NCBI GenBank assembly: GCA_951406725.2
Contig: OX597816.1
Location: 75,330,001 to 75,394,000, forward strand
Length of the DNA: 64,000 nucleotides
Reading direction: 5' to 3'
Source of the DNA: Octopus vulgaris
Taxonomy: Eukaryota
The notes beneath the pieces were generated by a model. The model saw only the letters and a list, made by a program, of their open reading frames with translations. It searched no databases and was not told the DNA's origin. Below, one piece after another: positions 52,314-64,000 of the stretch; positions within the stretch are counted from its first letter, which is position 1; each line of letters begins with the position of its first letter. The translations under genes were made by a program, and so were the position numbers.

Positions 52314-55300
52314 TATACTGCTGATATGTGAAGACTGAAACACAGGCCTAAAGCTACGTGTAGTGGCTTCCCTGAATAGGAACTCAGCTCTACAGGAAAG
52401 CTTCAGTCTTCGGGAAGATGGACAAATCTGGAGATTTGTCAAGACTGCTGAAACGTGGAAGAGAGATACCAGCTGGTCTGAGTGCTCTCTACCCACAATA
52501 ACTAAAAAAACTACAGCAACTCAGGGAAACTAAGCCAGAACAACCTGCCATCCTCTACACACCATCATAAACTGCGAGCAGGGTACAAATTGTTGTCCTT
52601 AAATGCTCGCAGTTTATGCAACAAAATACATTTGTTCAACGCCTACGTCAGAAGTGTTGACCCTGACTTCATCACTGTCACGGAAACATGGGCGCATTCC
52701 TTACTCTGTGATGGGGTTTTCAACATTACGGGGTACAACCTCTTCCGTAAGGACCGCACTAACCGCCGTGGTGGTGGTGTGATGGTCTACGTTCGTTCAA
52801 ATTTTTTGGTAATTCCTTGTGCCGATTTGAACGAATCACAAGAAGAAGTTTTTTTCTGTGACGTGCGTATGACCATGTCAACACTCCTGCTTGGCGTTGT
52901 TTATCGTCCCCCAAGTTACCATCGGGACACACAGCTTTGCAATGTCCTCCGAGCTGCTGCCAGGAAAACAGCCACTTATGTGTTTATTGCAGGCGATTTC
53001 AATCATCCTGAGATCGATTGGGAGACCTTCCATTGGCCACAGAGTGCAAACGATTTTGTTGAGCTTGTGCTGGACTCAAACTGGTCACAAGTAGTCACCT
53101 CTCCAACAAGAGGCGACAACACCTTGGACCTGCTCTTCACCACAACTCCTGAAGCGGTTATCAATTGCACTACGGAGGAACCTCTAGGTGACTCTGATCA
53201 TGCTATGATCATCGCCAATCTGGCTCTTGCGGGCAACAAAAACCTGAACCATCTCCAATCTGCTTCCTTCGATTGGAAGAGAGCAGATTGGAACCTGTAC
53301 CACACTGAACTACAGCACCCAAACTGGCGTGAATTCTACAACTCTGGAGATGTGAATACTATACTCCAGAGTATCCTGGACTCAATATGGGCAGCATGTG
53401 CAGCATCAGTGCCACGTAAACAAAAAAAGAAGAACCGCCCCAAAAGGGCAATTTGGGAAACTTCAGCGGTCCGACTTGCCAGGAGGGAACGTCGGACTGC
53501 TGAACGGGAATACAGGTTGCATAAATCAGACACCAACAGGAAGAAGCGGAATAAATCCTCCAACCATCTCAAGCAAGTGACAAAAAAAGCAGTGCTTGAA
53601 TTTGAACAGTGCATAGCAGCCAATCCTGACAGCAAGGTTTTCTGGAAATATGTGCACTCAAAGCAGAGACCTCACTCTCCAGTGGGCCCTCTTCGCAACC
53701 CTCACACAAACCAGATCACTGACGACCCCAAGGAATGCGCAGAACTCATTGCCGAGTGCTATGCAAACATATTCACTGTTGAAAGTCAAAATGTACCATC
53801 TTCACCATCACTAACAGCAAACTCCATAACAACTATGGAATTTACACCTGCAATGCTGCGACGTCACCTTCAAAATAAGCGCAACTATGCCTCCCCTGGT
53901 CTCGATGGAGTTACATACCTGCTTCTCAAACGTGGCAGGCACTTCCTTTACACCAGCTTTCTATTTTCTTCCAGTACTGTCTCAACAATGGTGCTACTCC
54001 GGAGCAGTGGAAAACTGCCAGTGTCATTCCTCTGTTCAAAAAGGGCGACCGCACATCACCTGTCAACTATCGCCCAGTCAGTCTCACTAGCTGTATTGCA
54101 AAACTGATGGAATCGTGTGTCAGAGAAACACTCTGGAACTTCTGGAGCTCTCACAGTCTCATCCGACCCTCACAATATGGATTTGTCCCTAACTCCAGCT
54201 GCAGTGACCAGCTTGTCGAGTTCCTTGAGGACATTACTCAGATTACTGACAGTGGCTCATGGGTGGATGTTGTCTACCTTGACTTTGCTAAGGCTTTCAA
54301 CTCTGTGCCACACAAAAGGCTTATGGTGAAACTCTCTGCAATGGGTGTGGGGGATGACCTTTTTAACTGGTTGAAATCCTTCATCCTCAGCCGAAAGGAG
54401 GTAGTCACAGTTCTAGGACAGCACTCTACACCATATGAGATGTCATCGGGTGTACCACAGGGATCTGTCCTTGGCCCCCTCTTGTTTGTGGCATACATTA
54501 ACGACATAGATGCCAATTTAAAGAATGCCACAGTATTGAAATATGCAGACGACATCAAGCTGTACCTTGAAATCAAGAGGACAGATCCTGATGTCTACAA
54601 CTCTTTCCTGCAATCAGACCTAGACACAATGCAGCAATGGATCACAGACTGGCAACTGAAACTGGCTGTGGACAAGTGTACCACCATGCATTTTGGGAGA
54701 AAAAACCCTGCGTTCACATACTCCCTCCACAACACTGATATCAAGAAATCCTCTTGCGAGCGTGACCTAGGCATCACTGTCAGCAGTGATTTGCGTTGGT
54801 CAAAGCATATCTCTAAGATTGTCAGGAAGGCCGAGGGTGTCTTGGCATCACTCAGCAGGTCTTTTGTTAGCCGCTCTCCAGCCATCTATTTAAAACTGTA
54901 TACAGCTATGGTACGACCACACTTGGAATTCGCATCATCAGTTTGGAACCCCTATCTTGCACAGAACATTGACCTCCTGGAATCTGTCCAGAGACGTGCA
55001 ACCAAACGCATACCCTCCATCAGACACCTACCATATTCTGAGCGCCTTGTTTCCCTGGGCATGGATTCTCTGAAGCTCCGGCGTTTGGCGACGGACTTGG
55101 TAAACACCCACAAAGTTATCAACCACCTCACCAACAACAACACTGAACACCTTTTTGATCTCCATGTGTCTAACACACGTGGACATGCCTACAAAGTCAG
55201 AAAACAATACAGCTCCCATGACTTTCGGAAACATTTTTTCACGCTCAGAGTTGCTGAAGCATGGAATAAACTGCCTGCGTCAGTTGTTGACTGCCATGAC

Positions 55301-55426
55301 ACTGCATCTTTTAAGGCCCTCATGCTTTCCGAAATCCGCCGAAACTTCACCTGATTATATATACACTTTAGATGAGTTGTAGTGCACCTGAGCACTGTAC
55401 ACAATTATTATTATTATTATTATTAT
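52314..55426 (+). mobile_element. Young CR1/L2-group LINE: possible ORF1 end plus complete ORF2 (APE endonuclease and RT) with one frameshift
   Basis: ORF 52590 has APE motifs LSLNARSL, VTETW, GGGV, VYRPP, GDFN, LDL and SDH. ORF 54107-55354 has RT motifs YLDFAKAFNSV, GVPQGSVLGPLLF, YADD, ERDLG and VRPHLEFASSVWNP. There is a frame change near 53947 and a (TTA)n tail at 55404-55426. Confidence 0.95.
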
Positions 55427-55743
55427 CTCCCCTTCATTCTAATTTTTCTTTCAATTCATGTGAGACTGATCTCCCTTGAGCCATATCACTATAAATCCCA
55501 CGTGAGATCCATGCTAACCAATCAGAAAAGTAAGTTGTATATGCCATCTTGCTATTGCATCATTTCTACTCAAAATGGCTGCATGATGAAAAGCTTCAAT
55601 TCATATAAAAATTTCTAGTTTCAACCAATCTGTTTCCACTTAACTAGTATTTAAGCTGCATTACCGCTTTACATATCAACACATGTGAATTCTTCTTCTT
55701 GTTACTATTAATGTATGTGTATGTATATGAGTATATATATATA

Positions 55744-55974
55744 TATTTCTTTACTACCCACAAGGGGCTAAACGCAGAGGCGACAAACAAGGACAGACAA
55801 ACTGATTAAGTCGATTACATCAACCCCAGTGCGTAACTGGTACTTATTTAATCGACACTGAAAGGATGAAAGGCAAAGTCGACATCGGTGGAATTTGAAC
55901 TCAGAACGTAATGGCAGACGAAATACGGCTACGCATTTCGCCCGGCATGCTAACGTTTCTGTCAGCTCGCCACC
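55744..55974 (-). mobile_element. tRNA-derived SINE (Meta-like core, alternative tail)
   Basis: Close match to 22599-22833. Confidence 0.88.
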
Positions 55975-55977
55975 ATA

Positions 55978-56109
55978 TGAGTATATATATATATATATGT
56001 GCGTGTGAGTGTGTATATATATATATGTGTATATATGTATGTATATATGTATGTATATATATATGTATGTATATATGTATATATATATATATATGTATGT
56101 ATATATATG

Positions 56110-56144
<35 letters not shown>

Positions 56145-56153
56145 GTATGTATG

Positions 56154-56186
<33 letters not shown>

Positions 56187-56295
56187 GTATATATATATAT
56201 GTATGTATATATATATGTATGTATGTATATATATATATATATGTATGTATATATATATATGTATGTATATATATATATGTATGTATATATATATG

Positions 56296-56338
<43 letters not shown>

Positions 56339-56665
56339 ATATATATGTATGTATATATATATATGTATGTATATATATATGTATGTATATATATATGTAT
56401 GTATATATATATGTATGTATATATATATGTATATATATGTATGTATATATGTATGTATATATATATATGTATGTATATATATATATGTATGTGTATATGT
56501 ATATGTATGTGTATATATATATGTATATGTATGTGTATATATATATGTATATGTATGTATATATATATATGTATATGTATGTGTATATATATATGTATAT
56601 GTATGTGTATATATATATGTATATGTATGTGTATATATATATGTATATGTATGTGTATATGTATG

Positions 56666-56700
<35 letters not shown>

Positions 56701-56868
56701 GTATATGTATGTATGTGTATATATATATATATGTATATGTATGTATATGTATATATATATATATGTATGTATATATATATGTATATGTATATATATATAT
56801 GTATATGTATATATATATGTATATGTATATATATATATATGTATATGTATATATATATATGTATATGT

Positions 56869-56927
<59 letters not shown>

Positions 56928-57993
56928 TGTATATATATATATGCATATGTATATATATATATATGTATGTATATATATATGTATATATATATGCATATGT
57001 ATATATATATATATGTATATATATATATGCATATGTATATATATATATATGTATGTATATATATATGTATATGTATATATATATGTATGTATATATATAT
57101 GTATATGTATATATATATATATGTATATGTATATATATATATATGTATATGTATATATATATATATGTATATGTATATATATGTATATATATGTATATGT
57201 ATATGTATATATATGTATATGTATGTATATATATATATGTATGTATATATATATGTATATGTGTATATATATATGTATATGTATATATATATATGTATAT
57301 GTATGTATATATGTATATGTATGTATATATATATGTATAGGTATGTATATATATATGTATATGTATGTATACATATATGTATATGTATGTATATATATAT
57401 GTATATGCATGTATATATATATGTATATGTATGTATATATATATGTATATGTATGTATATATATATGTATATGTATATATATATGTATATATATATATGT
57501 GTATGTATATGTGTATGTATATATATATATATGTGTATGTATATATATATATATGTGTATGTATATATATATGTATATGTATATATATATATATGTATGT
57601 ATATATATATATGTATATATATATATGTATGTATATATATATATGTATATATATATATGTATGTATATATATATATGTATGTATATATATGTGTATGTAT
57701 ATATATATATATATATATGTGTATGTATATGTATATATATATATGTATATGTATATATATATATGTATATGTATATATATATATGTATATGTATATATAT
57801 ATATGTATATGTATATATATATATACATATACATATACATATATATATATGTATATGTATGTATATGTATATATATATATGTATATGTATATATATATAT
57901 GTATATGTATATATATATACATATACATATATATATATATATATGTATATGTATGTATATGTATATATATATATATGTATGTATATATATATG

Positions 57994-58051
<58 letters not shown>

Positions 58052-58823
58052 TATGTATATATATATATGCATATGTATATATATATATATGTATGTATAT
58101 ATATATGTATATGTATATATATATATATGTATATATATATATGCATATGTATATATATATATATATGTATGTATATATATATGTATATGTATATATATAT
58201 ATATGTATGTATATATATATATGTATATGTATATATATATATATGTATATGTATATATATATATGTATATATATATATATGTATATATATATATGTATAT
58301 GTATATATATGTATATGTATATGTATATATATGTATATGTATATATATGTATATGTATGTATATATATGTCTATGTATGTATATATATATGTATATGTAT
58401 ATATGTATATGTATGTATATATATATGTATGTATATATATATGTATATGTATGTATATATATATGTATATGTGTGTATATATGTATATGTATGTATATAT
58501 ATATGTATATGTATGTATATATATATGTATATGTATGTATATATATATGTATATGTATGTATATATATATGTATATGTATGTATATGTATATGTATGTAT
58601 ATATATATGTGTATGTATATATATATGTATATGTATGTATATATATATGTATATGTATGTATATGTATATGTATATGTATATATATATGTATATATATAT
58701 ATGTGTATGTATATGTGTATGTATATATATATATATGCGTATGTATATATATATATATATGTGTATGTATATATATATGTATATGTATATATATATATAT
58801 GTATGTATATATATATATGTATG

Positions 58824-58881
<58 letters not shown>

Positions 58882-58932
58882 TGTGTATGTATATGTATAT
58901 ATGTATATGTATATGTATATATGTATATGTAT

Positions 58933-58964
<32 letters not shown>

Positions 58965-59044
58965 GTATGTATATATATATATGTATGTATATATATATAT
59001 ATGTATGTATATATATATGTATATGTATATATATATGTATGTAT

Positions 59045-59090
<46 letters not shown>

Positions 59091-59603
59091 ATATATATGT
59101 ATATGTATATATATATGTATATGTATATGTATATATGTATATGTATATATATATATATGTATGTATATATATATATAAATATGTATGTATATATGTGTAT
59201 GTATATATATGTGTATGTATATATATATGTATGTATATATATGTGTATGTATATATATATGTATGTATATATATATGTATGTGTATATATATATGTATGT
59301 ATATATATATATGTATGTGTATATATATATGTGTATGTATATATATATGTATGTATATATATATGTATGTGTATATATATATATGAATGTATATATATAT
59401 GTATGTATATATATATGTATGTATATATATATGTATGTATATATGTATGTATATATATATGTATGTATATGTATGTATATATATGTATGTATATGTATGT
59501 ATATATATATATATGTATGTATATATGTATATATATATATATATATGTATGTATATATATATGTATGTATATATGTATGTATATATATATATATATATGT
59601 ATG

Positions 59604-59643
<40 letters not shown>

Positions 59644-59774
59644 TAAATATGTATATATATGTATGTATATATAAATATGTATATATATGTATGTATATAT
59701 ATATATAAATATGTATATATATGTATGTATATATATATAAATATGTATATATATGTATGTATATATATATATAA
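55978..59774. repeat. ~3.8-kb mosaic (TA)n/(TATG)n/(TATATG)n microsatellite
   Basis: Directly visible; it generates the spurious Y/I/M/C/H/T ORFs in all frames. Confidence 0.97.
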
Positions 59775-61005
59775 ATGATGATTGATTGATTGATTCCAGT
59801 TTCAGCTTATGAGCTGTGGCCATGCTGGGGCAATGCCATTTGGTGTTGCTACTTGGTTTCACTTCATGGAGGCTTTCTAGCAACTGCTATTTGGTGCATG
59901 AGAGAGTTCGATGCAGCTGCCCTCATCTGCCCCTCCTGCCGTGAAGTTGGTTCATCTGGGACACCTGACAGGAAGAGATCCAGCTCCATTTTAAAGACAT
60001 CTGTATCCACCCCATGCAGGTCTCTCAGGTTCATCGGGAGGATATTGAAGAGCTGTGGGCCTCGGAAGCCCAGGCTATCACAGAATCTTGTCCTACATCT
60101 TGATGGCAAGTTTGGAGTCCTAGGCACCACGCAGTGGCGCCCAGTTCTGGCGTTTGCGTAACTCTCGATGCCAAAGTTCAGGACACTTCCCTCCAGGATC
60201 TTCCAGATGTATATTATGGCATATCTTTCCCGCCTACGCTCCAGGGAATATAATTTTAATCTCTTGAGTCTTTCCCAGTAGCTTACATTCTGCATAGAGG
60301 CTATCTTCTTCGTGTAGCTTCGTTGGATCGCCTCAAGTTCTGTGATCAACTTGACACTGGATGGTGACCATAGCTGAGAGCAATAGTCAAAGTGACTTAG
60401 GACAAGTGTCTTCCAGAGGACCATCATGGTTTCTTGTTCTCTTGTTCTAAAGGTTCTAAGAATCCATCCAGCCAGCCGTCTGCATTTCACTGTCAGTTTA
60501 GCAACATGTACATGAAAGGTCGCGTCATCACTCATGTGAATACCCAGGTCACGCACTGATTGTGCCTCTGGGATTGCAATCCCTCCGGGTCCAGTGTATT
60601 CCTTGGGTATTGCATTCAGTTTTGCATGCTGATATTATAAAGCTTGAAACTTTTCAGCATTGAACTGCATGCTATTCTTTTCAGCCCACTTGTATATTTC
60701 GTCCAGCTCATATTGCAGGTGCCTAGTGTCTTCAGGGTTCTGTATTGCCTGTGAAACTTTTGTATCATCTGCATAACTTGTGATCGTGGCTCTCCGCGTG
60801 GCTGAGGGCATGTCTGAGAGGGCCATTATGAACAGTAGTGGTCCCAAAACAGTGCCCTGTGGAACACCGCTCACTATTTGCGTGCTAATGGAAGTGGCCC
60901 CATTGGCTACTACCACCTGACTTCTATTCTTCAGAAAGTCGTGAAGCCATTCTCCTAGTTTTCCAACTATGCCAAGATCACGCAGTTTGTGACATATCAT
61001 TCCAT
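59775..61005 (-). mobile_element. 5'-truncated CR1-like LINE (RT C-terminal half) embedded in microsatellite
   Basis: [37 protein letters not shown] and LYSLERRRER. ORFs 60635-61000 and 59864-60556 are in the same frame, separated by one TAA. A (CAAT)n tail lies near 59775-59795. Confidence 0.92.
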
Positions 61006-61348
61006 GATATGTATATATATATATAAATATGTATATATATATATAAATATGTATATATATATGTATGTATATATATATGTATGTATATATATAAATATGT
61101 ATATATATATATGTATGTATATATATAAATATGTATATATATATATATGTATGTATGTATATATATATATATGTATGTATATATATATATATGTATGTAT
61201 ATATATATATGTATGTATATATATATATATGTATGTATATATATATATATGTATGTATATATATATATGTATGTATATATATATATATGTATGTATATAT
61301 ATATATATGTATGTATATATATATAAATATGTATGTATATATATATAA

Positions 61349-61381
<33 letters not shown>

Positions 61382-61386
61382 TATAA

Positions 61387-61419
<33 letters not shown>

Positions 61420-61488
61420 TATGTATATATATATAAATATGTATGTATATATATATGTATATATATATATGTATGTATATATATATGT

Positions 61489-61536
<48 letters not shown>

Positions 61537-61565
61537 GTATATATATGTATGTATGTATATATATG

Positions 61566-61597
<32 letters not shown>

Positions 61598-61599
61598 TG

Positions 61600-61631
<32 letters not shown>

Positions 61632-61651
61632 TGTATGTATGTATATATATG

Positions 61652-61690
<39 letters not shown>

Positions 61691-61719
61691 GTATATATAT
61701 GTATGTATGTATGTATATG

Positions 61720-61800
<81 letters not shown>

Positions 61801-61846
61801 GTATATATATGTATGTATATGTATGTATATATATATGTATGTATAT

Positions 61847-61878
<32 letters not shown>
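61006..61878. repeat. Mosaic TA/TATG microsatellite
   Basis: Directly visible; same unit style (including tataaatatg variants) as the end of the 55978-59774 array. Confidence 0.97.
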
Positions 61879-62734
61879 GGATTCATAAGAATCAAGTCGT
61901 AGGACGTCATCATAATCCTCATCATCATCATTTAATGTCTGTTTTCCATGCTGCCATAGGCTTAATGATTTGACAAAAACTGATAAGCCAGAGGGTTGAA
62001 TCAAATTCCAATGTCTGCTTTGGTATGGTTTCTACAGCTAGATGCCCTTCCTAACACCAGTCACTTTACAGAGTGTACTGGGGGCTTTTTACAGGGTACC
62101 AGCACTAGTGAGGTCACCAAGTGACTCACAAGACAAGCTCCCTCCTTCAACTGAAGGAAAGAGTAGTATTCAGGGAGGTGGCATTATACCAGGTGATGAG
62201 GGACTAAAGTAAGTGAGAGGCACAGGAACAAGTGTCTTGCTGTAGGGAGATATACAGTTAATTCAGTTGAAAAAGAAAAGAGATAATGGTGGTGATGTGT
62301 CAGGGCACCTCCTCAAATTGCAGGAAGACAAAGTGGATTGGATGGGTAAGTAAGTATATGGGATTGTGATGGATAGGGATGAGGGTTTAGGGAAACACAG
62401 TGAGTGGTGGACATGGTGGAAGTTCTTGGTCAATCATAAATTTCAGTTCAAGGAAGTAAACGGGGTTAATAGATGGCTACAAAGATCATGTGATGTGTGT
62501 GTCGGATGCAAGAGAGATACAGAGTACTAGGGGTGCAGCAAGGTAATGGGCAGAGGATTGCCATTGGCAAAACGAGGGGGTATATAGGGGAATGGGGAGA
62601 TGGAAGGTGCATTCAGTGGGAAATAATGTGCTGTGGGAAGATACTGAGAATACATGAGAAAAAGGAAGTGGTTTCAGGAAGGGTAAATAGTGGTGGGGAT
62701 GAAATATGTGCTGTTTCACACACATATATTACAT

Positions 62735-62992
62735 GATTGACCAGACTATCGGATATTGTTATACATTGCTGGTCAGAATGCACTTTGCATCATTTTAGCT
62801 TTTGAATGATGCCACCCCGCTGCCTAGGTGAGCAAGCCAATATTCTCCATTATTGGAAGGTTAGTCACAAGGCTACCCATTTACAGCTGAATGGACTGTA
62901 GCAACATGAAATGAAGTGTTTTGCTCAAGAATACAATGGGAATCGAAATGAAGATTGTGAGTGCTTCACACCTAACCACTAACTCCTCCCCC
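62735..62992 (-). mobile_element. tRNA-derived SINE with RTE-type 3' tail
   Basis: Minus-strand head gttagtggttagg...ttcgattccc...cttgagcaaaacactt. The 3' end (attgaccagactatcggatattgttatacattgctggt on +) matches 44166-44207. Confidence 0.6.
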
Positions 62993-63060
62993 ACATATAT
63001 ACATATGTATATGTATGCACACACACACACACATATACATGTATATATATATATATACAC

Positions 63061-63120
<60 letters not shown>

Positions 63121-64000
63121 CAATATAAGGGTAGCAAAAAATTCAATAGAAATTTTTTCGCCACCAGCGGTCTAGTGAGAAAGAAAAAATAGTCAACAGA
63201 CTATATAATGTACATTCAACAATAATATTAAGGAATGGCCTATTAAGGCCATTCCTTAATATTATTGTTATATATATATATAATGATGGTGCATGGCTCA
63301 GTGGTTAAGGTAGTGCACTCACAATTGCGAGATCATGGGTTTAATTCCCAGACCGGGCATTGCGTTGTGTTCTTAATCAAAGTACTTCATTTCACATTGC
63401 TCTGCAATCATTTTGTCATCTGACATTTGGCACCCATTGCAGCTGTTCAGGTAATACTGATTTGATGGAGGGAGTGAGCTTATGTGTACACAAACATTTG
63501 ATCACTATAAACAAATCATCTGTGTGGTTGTTTGGTTTTATTTGGCACTGTTTTTACAATCCTGTGAATAATGATAATGGTATTTTTATATAAGCTTAAA
63601 GCTTAAGGTGATCACCATGCAATGACTAAGGAAAATAGTCTAATAAAGAGGCATATAAGCCCTCAACAGAAAAAAGAAGGCTTTCCTATCCAACACATCT
63701 ATTGATAATAAGAAGAATGAAGAATTTGAACATTTAAACTTTATGTTTAATTACAGCTGGTTTATTCATAATAATTGTCCAACACGTGTTTCCATTATAT
63801 TAATTGCATATTTATATGTAGCAATTTATGCATCATTAATCAGTTGTTTGTCTGAATTAGGCTTGGTAGTAGTAAACTAGGATGTTCAGCAACAAGCCAT
63901 TTTTCATAACTGATTGTTTAGGTAAAATTCTACCTGAATATTATATCCCACCTTTTACTATAGCATATCTATGTATATGACATAGCAAAACTGCAAAATG

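Noticed and set aside
55768-62004. Very long ORFs (up to 1371 aa) of Y/I/H/T/M/C/V
   Set aside because: Translations of TA/TATG microsatellite, which lacks stop codons; no coding signal.

Overview
AT-rich, repeat-dense eukaryotic DNA. The SINE/LINE/microsatellite landscape resembles an octopus (coleoid cephalopod) genome; this is recognition, not a database result. The only host gene I can support is a + strand aspartyl/asparaginyl beta-hydroxylase (ASPH) orthologue. Four phase-compatible GT-AG exons are visible (23230-23496, 29509-31154, 43247-43484, 49908-50044). They encode a basic cytoplasmic pentapeptide repeat, a transmembrane helix, a ~400-aa luminal E/A/K/R repeat and the start of the TPR region. 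I did not find the first exon or the catalytic exons in the window. The rest is intronic: RTE, CR1/L2-like, Tx1/L1-like and R4/Dong-like LINEs, several tRNA-derived SINE families, mariner/Tc1 elements, Tc1- and piggyBac-type MITEs, a small Helitron and multi-kb TA/TATG microsatellites. The most unusual items are (i) an inverted pair of a tRNA-headed element carrying a Penelope-type minimal hammerhead ribozyme motif (14561-14963), (ii) the very long ER/K-type helical spacer in ASPH with a possible intronic stop/polyA giving a truncated isoform, (iii) SINE/LINE 3'-tail sharing with an apparent SINE-Tx1 chimera, and (iv) several long intronic foldbacks. There are no prokaryotic features (no CRISPR, rRNA or operons). 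Repeat boundaries were read by eye and are approximate unless terminal repeats or TSDs are quoted.
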